From the NCBI RefSeq assembly GCF_030684315.1, contig NC_081369.1, positions 9,958,035 through 10,022,034 of the forward strand: a stretch of DNA of 64,000 nucleotides, read 5' to 3'. The translations under genes were made by a program, and so were the position numbers. The first letter of the stretch is position 1; each line of letters starts with the position of its first letter. Below are positions 1 to 12,745 of the stretch, piece by piece. Under the pieces are notes generated by a model, which was not told where the DNA came from, made no database searches, and was given only the letters and a program-made list of their open reading frames with translations. This DNA is from Stegostoma tigrinum. Taxonomy: Eukaryota.

Positions 1-1290
1 AGGGTGAGCAGTGATCCCTGAAGAATTCTGCTATGTAAATTTCTCCCAGCTCCCACAACCCATTGATCACTTTTTTCCACTTCCTATCACATCCAAAATT
101 TGAATCCTCGTTGCTACAGACCATTTTATTCCAATATCTGAAAAGTACTCCACTCTTTCGTTGTGTATGATTATGTCAAATGCCTTTTGGAGGTCCATTA
201 TTACCACGTCAGCAACAGCTGTTTGTAGATCAAGTAGCTTTTTTCCTCAGCACTTAATGTTAACTGTTGCCAAATGCTCCAAAATACTCGTTTTGCTTAA
301 CTTTGCTTTAGGAAACCCATGATCACTTTCTTTAATGACACCATTTTTTCCAAATGACCATTCGTTTTATACCCAGTTGTTGCTTCGAGAATTTTCCACA
401 CGAGGGAAGCTTAACTAACTGTCCAGCAGTCGCTTACATGTTTCAACAATGGTATGACACTTGGTATCTTTTTGGCCTTCGATAATGTCACTTAGTCTAA
501 GGGAGATTGATGCAATGACACTGCCTCCGCATCGTCATTCTTACTTCCCTCATCAATATTGGATATCTCATCATTAAGGGAGCCGCAGCCTATCCAGTAC
601 GCCATTGTTTCTCACCTTTATACCATCGTTGTATTGAGATGTCGTCTTCATTCACTATGGCCTTGAATTCATCTTCAAACGTTTAGGTAACAGAGTCTCC
701 ACTGGAATTTATTCATTGAGCACCATGAGGTAATATCGTTGTTTGGGTCAAATAAGCAGTGAAATCCCAGTCCTGAGTTGATGAAACATAAGAAGAGGAT
801 GCAGTACGTCACATGCTCGGAATCTAATTCAAACATTTGCCACCAGAGTTCAAATACATGCTTTAGAACGCAGGCCACAATATTCTATACCTATTATTAG
901 GCACCAAAATACCATTTCTATCATTGCAAGTTACTGTTGATGTTCAATATGTTTATGCCAATTTGGCTTTTTTTTTCTTTCATACTTACCAGAAACAATT
1001 AGCTGTGATCTGCTTCAATCTTCACTAAATATCCCTTGACACTTTAGTGTGCTCTAATAGATTCTAGAATCTTGGAAAGTTGTGTTCAGAAATTTGAATT
1101 TACTCAATCATTCCTATTTCTCCTAAACCATTTTCAAGCCTCACTGCCGTCTGCTAGGCATTCAGAGTCTTCCTGTTTCTACCCGTGCACTCTTATGCAA
1201 GAAGGGTTCTGCAAGCTGGAGAATGTGCAAAACAATCCTCCACTTTTATCACAATGTACAGTCATTTGCTTGGGCGTCTGAATTATTCCG
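1..1290 (-). mobile_element. Decayed CR1-like RT fragment
   Basis: gtcaaatgccttttggaggtccat is the reverse complement of an MDLQKAFD-like motif, and other CR1 remnants are present. Confidence 0.5.
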
Positions 1291-1771
1291 AATGAAATGT
1301 GCCTGCAGCTGTTAGAAATGTAAAGACATAGAAACTCATTGTATGAGATCAACGTGAGGAAGCAAGAAAATCAAAAAATCTTCCCTATAATGTAATGTAT
1401 GGTATGGTGGGGAGGGAGTGTGCTGGTGGTGATATGGGAGGCTTCTGGCCAAACTTTAGGGCGAAGTTTGTAGATCAAGTAGCTTAAAAGATCCATCATA
1501 GTCTTGGCACGTGGTTAGGCAGGTAGGAAGAATGGGAGTCTCCCATGGTCAGCCATGTTTGTTCTGGAGTGGCACCCTTCAGTTTATTATCCCCAGCAAT
1601 TTGCTACAGTCTACCACAAGAGCCCTAGTTGTGGGCAGACCGGATGAGAAAAATGCATTATTACAAAAGCATTTTACATATTTCCTGCGGCAATAAATAA
1701 AGACGTACCCGTGTAATTGACCCATCATTTAACCAGACAGAGAACCCACAAGCGGGGTAACACTCCGAGGA

Positions 1772-1865
1772 TAACAAAGTGTGGAGCTGGATGAACACAG
1801 CCGGCCAAGCAGCATCTCAGGAGCACAAAAGCTGACGTTTCGGGCCTAGACCCTTCATCAGAGAG
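1772..1865 (-). mobile_element. Short PLE-terminal element with hammerhead core (1834-1861)
   Basis: Near-identical to 12781-12875. Flanked by cactccgagga/cattccgagga (1761-1771 and 1866-1876). Confidence 0.85.
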
Positions 1866-3039
1866 CATTCCGAGGAACTGGGTCAGTTGATCACTCTTTG
1901 CAGTTACTGTGTGTTTGGAACTTCTTAAAACTGCTTAAAAACAGTTGTGCTCAAAGTGGTTGGCAACGACTTTTTGTGTCCTATAACTGTTGATCAATAG
2001 AAACCATTTTGTTATTCATTGAAATTTCTCCATGGTGTAAAACGGTTGGATTTTAATGTTATCAGAGAGATAAAGAGCGAGATATAGCTGAATGATTCGC
2101 ACCTAGCCACTGTAAGAGAGAGACAAAGGTAACAAAGTATGTTGTGAAGTGCACTTAAGGAGTTCACAGAGAAATGACTGCAGATATGTTGTGTGAGTGA
2201 ACAAAACCTGGGACAGGTGAGATGTTAATGTGATAACATCCCATTGAGTTCTATACTTCTATAAATTAAAGTCATTATCTGCATTTGATTCCTATACAGA
2301 GACTTTAATTTATAGAAGTAAAATCTTATCTAACTACACATCTGTATGCAGACACTGCCCTGAAGCTTCCTGACTGAATTAAAATTAGAATCAAACTGTT
2401 TTCAAATAGGGTTAGGTGGGGAAAATTAGTAAAGGTGTGAAACCTCTAAAGCATGTAACTTCTGTCGCTGGAAAAGGGGCCAGGGCACTGACTTTGTTCT
2501 AGCCAGACACACTGGCAACTTGAAATCAGCATCTGTCCGGGACAACAACTCGAAATCGCCTCCTGCCATTAGCAGCTACTTCTCTGGCAATCGATACTAT
2601 ATGCTGGTCGTTTATGTTGTTGATGTCATAATTGTTTGGTATCATGTTTTTGTCTGTTGTAGGAATTGTTTTATGTATCATGCCATTGTAAATTGTGAAA
2701 TCGTTTTATGTATCATGTCTTTTGTAAAGTATGAAAAGCGGGGACTGTCCGCTGCTCGGAGAGAATGGCTTACGAGACTCTGCACTCTGTGCCGGGTTAA
2801 GTACAGTGATTCTCCACAGCTTGTACTTGCTTGGTAATAAAAGGATTTGTGTTTTTCTAAACAGGTCAGTGTCTTGTTATTGCAGCAAGTCCGTGAAGGT
2901 CTCCGAAAACGAAACTGACACAGGCAGAGGATCACCTATTGAAATTGGCAGGTGCAATGTTGCAAGCATGCAAGAGAAGGGATCAGAGCTGTGAACTCAA
3001 TCTCCAAGGCTACGCATCCTGTTGAAAGGACAGGCGGAT

Positions 3040-4030
3040 GGGTTGAGTGATATCAAGACCATACATTGTGTTGGAATGCATAAGATCCGTGTAGATAGAG
3101 TTCAGGAACAGCCAAGGCAAAAAAGAAATCCTAACAGTGGGTATGTAGATGTCTCCCAGCAATAATTGTGGATATGGGGCAAGAAATAAATCAGATAATG
3201 GAGAAGAATGCGAGAAAGGCATGATTACGATAATCACGGGTGGCCTCCATCTGCTGGCAGACTGGGAAAATTAGGTTGGCATCGGATCCCAGGAAAAGGA
3301 GTTCTTGAAATGTCTATGAGATGGTATTTAGAAGTCGCTTCTGGTGGAACCGACCGCAGGGCTACGGCATTGTTAGATTTCAGTGAGTTTCCGAGATACA
3401 GGTGCTCAATCATAATTCCACAGATGGTAGCTTCGCACAATCGATTCAGATGGTTCCGTGCTTGGCCACAAGTAACGAGGTAGAATTGGTTAGGGTGCAT
3501 AATGTGGCCGAAACCCTACCGGACAGTAACAACAATACGATAGAACTCAGCCCCCAGTTTGACAGGGAGAAATTGGAATCAGATATAACAGTGCTACAAC
3601 TGAGTAAAGTTAATTACAATGCCATGAGGGAGGAGCTTGCCAAAGTTGACTGGAAGGGATCTGAGCAGAGAAGACGGTGGAGCCAAAATGACAGGAGCCT
3701 TTGAGGTAATTTAGAAGACGCAGCAGAAATTTATTCGAAAGAAGAAGAAATGAGAAGAGTCAACCGTAGGCAATAAAGTAAATCTGTGACAGTGAAAAAG
3801 CAAAAGAATAAACAAAAAAGGTGATGAAGATAAATGGGAAGCCAAATGATTAGGAAGCAATTTTTGTTTTAAAGAGGACAACTGCAAGTACGATAAAGGG
3901 AGAGAACATGAAACATGAGGGCAAGCGTGCTAAGTGCCTTCTTAACCACACTATCTATCTGTGATTCAAGCTTCGAAGAATTATGTACCTGAACAGCAAT
4001 GTCTCTAAACTCTGTGCTTTGACTATTCTG
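3040..4030. mobile_element. CR1 LINE fragments (endonuclease region on +, short 3' RT piece on -)
   Basis: VLQLSKVNYNAMREELAKVDW on + and VVKKALSTLA on -. Confidence 0.6.
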
Positions 4031-4258
4031 AACATATATGATCCTAGGAAAGTTCAAGCCATGACTTGAAGTTGAATTTGAATATGAAATCAAAATCTGC
4101 TAGCTAATGCCCTTGGAACACCTGATCAAATTCCACCTTGGCAGCTGGTGAATTGTAAATGAAATCATAAATCTTCATTTGAATTTTTGAGAAGATTTGT
4201 AGATCAGGTTGAGGTTCTGGATGTGAGTTTGCTCGCTGAGCTGGAAGTTTAGTTTTCA

Positions 4259-4292
4259 GACGTTTCGTCACCATTCTAGGTAACATCATCAG
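4259..4292 (-). ncRNA. Minimal hammerhead ribozyme
   Basis: CUGAUGA-U-GUUACC-UAGAAU-GGUGAC-GAAAC-GUC, with an intact core. Confidence 0.7.
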
Positions 4293-4324
4293 TGAGCCTC
4301 CGACGAAGCTTCGTCGGAGGCTCA

Positions 4325-4358
4325 CTGGTGATGTTACCTAGAATGGTGACGAAACGTC
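4325..4358 (+). ncRNA. Hammerhead ribozyme copy with core variant CUGGUGA
   Basis: Mirror copy of 4259-4292 with an A6->G change in the core. Confidence 0.55.
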
Positions 4359-6084
4359 TGAAACTAACCTTCCAGCTCAGCGAGCAAACTCACATCCAGA
4401 TCTTCATTTGAAATTGTAGCCCCAGCAAATGAAACAGGAAAATTATCGCCACTGACTAACAAAAAGGGGGTATTTAGTTCAACAATGTCCGATATTGAAA
4501 GAAATCAGTTCCAGAGCAACGGCAACACTAGAAACTAACGTCCTTTAAGGAAGTAAAATGTTCCTAAAAACAGAGCAATAATGATGATTCTTAACTGTGT
4601 TTAAAAACGTCTGAATAACCTCTGTTGGGGCGGCCCATGATCAGATTTAACCCAATAAGTCTGCCTAATGGCATAAATACGCCAGGTATTTTGAGCTACA
4701 AAAACCAGTTTAATCTGTCTGGTGTGGAATTAAAGTGAGACCATACGTTAGCACAATGATAGCTTTGAGAAAGAGATAAATTCTAGGTAACAGGGTCTAT
4801 TTTGAGCAAGGCACTTTACAAATTAATATACAAGGAGTTGTGTACAAACAACAGCTGCAGTTGACTGTCAGAGACCGCTCAATTAGAGATGTCTGGGAAT
4901 AGACAGCCCAAGATTGTATTTTAACAAGTAGAAAAAGTGTATTATCCCACAAGAATAAAGACTCTTTAGATAATCGAGTATTGAGAAATTAGGAAATACA
5001 ATCTACGCCCAACGTTAAAAAATTTAGTAGAATTGCTTTGCACAAATGACCACGGATAGTGGAGAGGAGGCACTATCCCGTTAGTGAGGGAGACTGAGCG
5101 ACAATTGGGTAAAATCGAAAAACTTTAGAGAGCACCAGCTTGACTTCGACAAAATAAACAATTGCAGCTTTACAAACTAACTACGCGAAACCAAACAACG
5201 ATGATGGAGCCAGCTGAAATGAATTCCTACATCCAATGATCAAGGTAGGAAGGATAGACAAATGATAAGGTAAAAGAGGAACGAGAATATATTTAGCAAA
5301 ACCTTAGCGGTTCAGACAAACGTATTGAGCGGTGAACACTATTGAGCTTTTGTCTTATTGATTTAATTTGAATGAATGATGTCTTATTAAGTGAAAGAAA
5401 TACTGTTGACACATTTAGTGTAGGGACAATAAATTTGATGTGCGAAATAATTTCCTGTTTAAAACATTTACACATAGCACGTGAATAGAAGGAACCATAA
5501 CTGCAGATGCAAGATAGAGGGGTAGCGTTCCCGTTCCAAGCTCGGATGGGACGCAAGCTGCTCACAGCTCGTTAAGCAAAGAATTCTAACATGAGGTGTG
5601 ATCATATTTCTTTATATATGACTAAACTTATATTAGAACAGATATTATGAATTTTGTACTAACGAATAGGAATTAGCATCTTTTTTGTCTCCTGTGATAA
5701 AGACAGTAGGAAATATAACACGAGTTACATAATTTGAAGAGGATACCAATGAATTCAAAGTAACGGGGAAATTCTATTGAGGTCAATGCCATATGTTTCC
5801 GACGAGCCACTGATTGTTCCAAACATTCTTTTTAACTGCAGGATGAAATCACTTCAGGCAAACAAAAAGCAGGCTCTGCAGTAGAAAACCAAAGTCTGTC
5901 CAACTGTCGTGCCACCGCTCTCCGCCTCTGGCACACACACAAAAGCACACAGCCAGTACACTCCTGGCTTAAACAGACAAAGAGCAGAAAACAACTGAGA
6001 TCGACAGATACTTAATCGTCGGTGGGGGTGGGGGGGGGGGGGGGAGTGGTCTTGTGTTTACGTGAAAAGATGGTAAAGTGGACC

Positions 6085-6180
6085 TGCTAAAGCGTCCTGA
6101 TGTGAAACGTCAACATTCCTGTTCCTCTGATGCTGCCTGGCCTATTGCGCCCCTCCAGCTCCAAGTTGTGCTGTATCTGA
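6085..6180 (+). repeat. Degenerate PLE terminal repeat
   Basis: tgaaacgtcaac...gatgctgcctggcct...tccagctcc resembles the reverse complement of 12780-12870. Confidence 0.55.
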
Positions 6181-7257
6181 CGAATTTGGATCAGTTATGA
6201 TCCTGTCGAATGATGGGGCAGGCTCGAGGGTCGACCAGTCTATTCCTAATGATATTTCCTATGGTGGTACGACCCTAAAACAATGAGGCTACTTTCAGTG
6301 AAATGTAAGCAGGAAACCATGCTATTTGGTTGCACCTACATTTGGGACGTAGAGGCTGAACCATTATAAAAATGATGGGAATTTGTTTGATTTTTCTTTT
6401 CTAAATGCACTGTAGCAATTCCATTGTGACGATAAAATACCATTTACAACAACAGCAGTAATTGCCGATCTTTATTTTCACATTAACATGCATTTTTCAC
6501 TCCGTTTTCTGCGTTTAATCATCAATTATTCTGTGCACAGTTTTAACAACAGTAAAACGAAGCAAAACAGTAAATGAAGGCCAGTGAAACAGGCACACAA
6601 GAAATACACTGAGGTGGTGCCGACAGGTGAATCTGTCAAGAAATTCCACGCAGTTATATTTTATTAATATTCTGGGACAATTCGAATGCAGTTTGCACTC
6701 ATGTATTCTTTGTCTGATTTTCTGCGTTTTTTGATGCATTTCGGTTTTTCATCAACTCTTTAAACAAAATATCCCCGTAAAAGTTATTAAACAATCATTA
6801 CCATTACAAAACATGAACTTACGGAAGAAAAATGTCTGCATTTCTCAGGACTGAAAACAAAGCCAAAGAAAATTCAAATTAATAGAAAAGAAGCTGAATG
6901 CGTTGCAGTATAGATATGACAATGACTGCTGAGGCATCGTCTGTATTTTGGGAACAGAATAATACACGAACTATTATAAGAAATATACTCAATTAAGATA
7001 TTTGTTGCTAGATGTTACCAATCGAACGTGAGTGCTATTTGCTTGTAAGATTGCAAATGTTAAGCCTTGATTCGAGTCAAAACAGAAATGTCTCGACAAA
7101 CTCAATAGGCCTGCTCCATCTTCGGTGAAAAAGTGGTTTCGAATCCAATGACCCTTTTGTTGTTTTACTTTGACTTGAGTGTTGTGTTGGCTTATTCTGA
7201 TAGCTGTGAAGCCTTTTGATTTGGGCGCTATAATTTATAAGCTCATCCTTAAATTTT

Positions 7258-7690
7258 GGCGTAGATTTGTCGCTCGGGTTGTGGGTGTTGAGGTTGGTTT
7301 GCTCGCCGAGCTCTGACTCACTCCTACAACTCCTACAACTACTCACTCATCTCAATCCACATGGACAAGGAGAACGACCAATTCGACTGGGGCAACACCA
7401 AAATTCTGGGACAAGCTAATCAGAGACAGGCACGGGAATTCCTAGAAGCCTGGCACTCCACGAAGCATGCCATTAATGGATAGAACTCGACCCCAGATAC
7501 ACTCCACGATGAAGGAAAACCGGAAGCGAGGTAATCCAGCTCGACAGACTCCAGAGTTTGAAGCCCAGGCGGGAAAACACACCGACGCTTCATCAGAGGC
7601 TGCACTGCGGATGGTACCCAGCATTGCAATGAAGCGTCTGCGAAACTACAAACCAGCTTGGTGAGCCAATCAACCTCATCATCCTCAACT
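7258..7690 (+). mobile_element. Poseidon/Penelope-type PLE 3' fragment with inverted terminal piece
   Basis: Encodes HMDKENDQFDWGNTKILGQANQRQAREFLEAWHS (GIY-YIG C-terminus). The terminal repeat is related to the 4.3-kb arms, and an inverted copy lies at about 7260-7315. Confidence 0.75.
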
Positions 7691-9499
7691 TCGCCGAAAA
7701 TAACGTTCACTTGATAGAGAACTCAGTGTACTCCTCCCAAATCAGTACATTTTCATTCCAATAAAAGACACAGGCCTCTAATGGATGTTAGCGGAAGATG
7801 GAGGCGCAATCATTTTACCAGGACTTGTTTTTAAAACGAAAAAAAAACAAAATACTTTTGGAGCCAGCAACCAAATGGAAAATAGAGAAGTGGAAATATC
7901 TCGAGCTGAATTTGCATTTGAGGCCGACTTTAGCATGGCTGCCTCACCAGCTGCGCGACATCCCACAATTACCATCGTTAAACCATGAGCTTTTACAGAG
8001 GTGCATTGCATGCAGCGTAAAGTTAGAATGTTAATATAAAGCTATAGTCAGGAAGGTATACTAAATATTCCAATGACAAAGGGTTGTGATAATAATGTAT
8101 ACATGCGGTAACAGAATGTGTATAGAAGACCTCCTCTTTGACCTAAATGTTCTGGTATCATTTCTGTATGATCGTAAAACGACACAATATATATTAAGGA
8201 TAAACGATTCCAAACGTCTGCAGTCTGCTCTGGACATGTGAAACTTCTTCTAATCGGTGTTCATAGTCTACAACACATCTCTTTTTAAAGCGAGTTGTTC
8301 ATTCTAAACGTCATTCTTCGGTAGTTCCGATCAAAGCCTTCTACTTTGGCACACATTGCTCGTAATTCCTGAGGCCTGTGTGTTATGTGGTGCCAGGACA
8401 TACTTGTTTAGAACATCGTATAAAATTCACTTGCTTCATTTAATTTGATTGAATTTTCTAAATGCAATTTGAAAAATCTATGACAATTGGTTTTCCTAAT
8501 TTATTTTCCCACAAGAGGACGTAATTTATTTTGTCCTGAGGCAGGTCTGGATGACGTAAGGAAATCCAGAAATCGTTATCGATTTGCGAGGTCAAAACTG
8601 GTCATCCACAAGGCACAGCCAGTGGCAGAATTCAATTACAATCCAAAGCCCCGTAACCGCGAACGTGGCTTTCTCTATGAAAAAATCCTGAAAGAATCAA
8701 AAATGATCGAAGTCAGTTTATCTCTATTTCACTGATTTTAGACCATTTTGAACATCCCAGAAGAATGTGTGTTTTTTTTTTCCGAAGGTCGCGCGTTCCC
8801 TGCTGATCCCCCTCCTTTATTGTTGTTTTCATTACTCATTTCCACTGTGTATCAGCAACTCCTGGTAAACTAAAACGTTTTTAGATATTTTGAAATTGAT
8901 TTTGAAAAATGATGTTTGGTTTAGAAGGAATCTCTCAAGTTACATAACAAATCTTTGGCTTATTCTATTCACGATCCAGTCCAGTACATGTCAATTAGTG
9001 TCGCAGAACTATTCTTAATACAGTTTTTTAAAAAAAAGCTCAGCCCAGATATTGGGATCTGAATGTCAGTTGCTGTATCGAATCGCAGTGCCGTTGGATT
9101 CCAGATAACACCATGTCATTTGTGAAATGACAATATGGCTGACGCAGCAAGAAGAAGCTGGGCACATGTTTACGTTGTGTGCTCAGACATTGGCAGGAAA
9201 TTGCATAAATTCAAGGTTGTTAACTGGTAATAAGATGGCTGCTACTCTCTCAACGAACATGTTTTCTGCGCAGGGGCACACAGTCATTGAACGAATCGAG
9301 AACGTCCTTTGCACATTGGAACTGCCGACCTGAGAAAGCAAAATCAGGGCAGCGGATTGGATGCGACGGTTTGCTTCGCGTGTTAATGTTGGTGATGTAA
9401 GTATTCAGTATATACGGATTTGGCAAATTCACTTTTTGCCGTATCCAGCGACGGACAGAACATATTCTGAAAATTCTACTGTCAGAAGTAACAAACATA

Positions 9500-10380
9500 G
9501 AAGCTGTTAACGAGAACTTCATGCTTTGCGAGTGAATGGTGGCATTTCTAACTCAAGTTCATATTGGATGTCATAAACAGCTCTCAGACAGCTAGGGATG
9601 GAACAATCGTTTAAAATGAATGCACTTTCAAGTAGTTTACTGAATACTGTTTCACTGATTGACCATGTTATACACATAAAACGGATGTACTCACCGAATA
9701 GTAACAAATTTGGGGAGTTTAACAGAGCTACAGAATTCGGAATCAATGGCAGGATATTGGGAGAGGTAGACGAAAAACTTAGGAGTGAATGTCCACAGAC
9801 GTTTGAAGACAATTAATAATGGTAGTAAAGATTGATTATAGAATGCTTTTCTTCCTGGGATGAGCTCTGAAACATGACAGCAAGGATGTAATTCTGTAAC
9901 GCTGGTTTGACTACAGATACATATATTGTACAGTTCTGGGCACTGCATTGCAGAAAGTTTGTTATTGTTTTGAAGACAATACAGAAGGGATTTGCAGAGT
10001 TCCAATGCATTGGGAACATTAGCTCTGGAAAAAGAGTAAGGTGAGTGTCATTTCCGTGAGTTCTCTTGAGTTGCACTTTGGCTAAATTGAAATTCATAAG
10101 ATTAGAGGGATATTGATGGAACGGGATAAGCGCTTTTTTTTCCCTTACCAGAGAAATAATCATAGATCTAAAGTAATTTCTTTTCGAAGGAATAGATGGA
10201 AAATGAGAAAGAAAAATCGCCCAGAATTGATAGATGTTTGGAATGTGCTGCCTGGATAGACAACTGAGCAAGGGATATTTGTTTAACACTGAAGCCCTAA
10301 GCTTTTGTTTTAAAAGACAAGTGTAAGGAGCTGTGCCACAGATGTAATTCGATTCGTCGACTTCTGGGCTTTAAGCAAAC
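9500..10380 (+). mobile_element. Decayed CR1 3' RT fragment
   Basis: NGRILGEVDE..LR, VQFWA.. and RRDLQS remnants, followed by a CR1-like tail. Confidence 0.5.
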
Positions 10381-11569
10381 AAGAAAAAACTTTATTCTTA
10401 CAACACGGTTAAAATACAAACAAACAAGTAGAATTGATACAACGTTTGACGTATGGAAGTACTTAACAAAATAATGTATTATACTGGAAATAAACATCAA
10501 CTCTTCGAATATAGCGGCATCTCATAACCACACCCTTGACCAAAGCAAATTAGCCAAGACAGAGTTTCCAAATTTACTAACTCCTCCAGTCCAGGTAAAA
10601 GCAACGTCTAAAGAACGATGTAGCAGTAGATACAGGATAGAAGTTTTTTTTTGCCGCAGAAGAGAGAGATGTATATCAACCTCAATAGCAAGCCCCAAAC
10701 CCCACATGTAAGAAAAACTAAAACCCTGATTTTTTTTCATTAAAACAAAATGCTCTGGGAAGTCAACGTTGTTTTGGCACTACTTCTAAAGCAGATAGTC
10801 CGACACAAATATGGTAACACTGCTCTGCAAGAGAAACAGCAAAGACCAAATCTCACTTTATGGCTGGTGCCGTAACAAAACGTGCATGGATCTGCACTGG
10901 AAGTGCTGTAATTTTTATGGAAACAAGCAGGTGTTGGAAGATAAACCTTGACTGGGCAATTAGGTTGAATTCTGGCGTGCACTGAAACACTGAATGATTC
11001 CTCGGTGCCATGGATTTTCTAAGATTTTTATCGTGAGCAGCACTATAGAATACGTTAGGAATGATAACATATTTCCAAATTGATGGTGGGAAATAATTGG
11101 TATCAAATTGGGGTATTTCACAAAGTCTTTAAAGGGAGAAATGTGTCGAGGCCATTGTGGTAACACCTATCTACAATTTCCGTGAAGGTTGTCAACTAAG
11201 GTGATACGCTGAAAATATACACCATAATGTGATGCAAAAGATACCTTCAAATATATTCAATGATACTCTTGCATTTGTATCTGCTTAGAGCATAATTTGT
11301 CAAGTTACACTGACCATTTACGTTTTTAATCGATTTACATGCTTATCTGTTCTCTTTCATGCATAAAGAAATAACTTCTGGAGTTCTACATTTGAGCTAA
11401 ATTAATTCTGGAAATACAAGACAAATTAAAATTTGAAGTTGTCAGCGATGTTCGAAACTCGTTATGGAATTAAAATGAATCTCAGTTGCTCAAATAGGTA
11501 TTTTCTGTATCTTCATCACAACCTGAAAGCAGTTCGAATGGACACCAGTGTCTCTTTCTGAATCCCCAA

Positions 11570-12660
11570 TTTACAACGTCTTCTTGCACCGTTCCTCTAT
11601 CAGACGAAAGCACAATGAAGAAGACAGAGGTTTAAATCCCTCTGATTCAAATATGTTGTGTAAATAATTGCAACTCTGCTCTTATTGCTGTTCGAATTGA
11701 TTTCTGGATCACTGGAATGGTGCTCCTATTGTCGTACTTATTGCATCTCTACCTAGAATAACTGTCCATGATTCAACAGTAAACTCGAAATGGCGATTTA
11801 TGACTTCTGACAATTTGGTTTTTCCAAGTCTTGCTATTTTACGGTGGTACCATCAGTATCCTCTTCACCTTGTCGTGCTAACAATTTCTGAACTTAGAAC
11901 ATCAATTTCCACCTTAGGCTAATCATGTCCTGCTCTCCTACGCCAGGCATTTCTCTCAAATCGTATTCTGTCTTCAGGTGTCGATTTTGCTTCCTGATTT
12001 TAAGCAATGAGTATAAACGCACTTCAATTCATAACTTGGAGTCAGAAGTCATTGCCTTTGACTTCTGCCTCATGATTAAAGCTATAAGAAGAGTGTTTCT
12101 TATTCAAAATGTCGGCATACTTTATTAGTGAATTTTAGCTCTACCATTACCAAAACTCCACATTAAACTATGCAGCATCACCCCTTAACGTTATTGCTAG
12201 GCTCCCACTCTGCAGTTTCTCCAGGTAAACTAACTGTTTGCTGCCAAATTCCAATCTCTGAGCAAGTCGCCTCGCCTATCAATTCGGTGTTTGCCGACCA
12301 CGTGCTCCCCATCAAATCAATGTCTCGATTTTAAATACTCATTTTTGTTCCCTGGCCTGTTCTTTGCTACCTTCATGACCCCAGCTAATCACAAAATTTA
12401 TCAGAAAAAATCCAACACTTTTAATCCCGACCTTCTGAGTATCCGCAAATTTGATGATCCTCTATCACTCACTGGCGCTCTTTCCTTTAGATGACAAGGT
12501 TTCAAACGCGCTGCATACCTCTGAAAACCTTTCTACTTCGCAACTTCACTTTGTTCCTTTAAGATACTCATTAAGAGTTATGTATTTGATGAAGTTTTCT
12601 TCTTTCATATTTTGCAGTGCTAAATATTGCATTATAATGTTTTAAAGAAGCTCCTTGCGA
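11570..12660 (+). mobile_element. Highly decayed L2-like LINE RT remnant
   Basis: Weak resemblance to L2 RT and 3' region, with no intact ORF. Confidence 0.3.
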
Positions 12661-12745
12661 AGTTTGCCTTCACCGAATCTGCTGTATAAAGACAAGCCGA
12701 TGTTACTAATGACACATTGGTAATTCAGGGATTATGTTTGACCTG

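Larger units (their letters stand above)
4184..4399. mobile_element. Palindromic PLE-terminal insertion (Poseidon/Penelope-type) with two inverted hammerheads
   Basis: Arms 4216-4308 and 4309-4400 are reverse complements with about 3 differences, centred on aagctt. A 13-bp TSD atcttcatttgaa lies at 4171-4183 and 4400-4412. Confidence 0.88.

Noticed and set aside
8487-8735. ORF containing RSKLVIH, resembling the J-like GSKLIVH
   Set aside because: It has no YYC, Trp or Cys framework, so this is probably a chance match.
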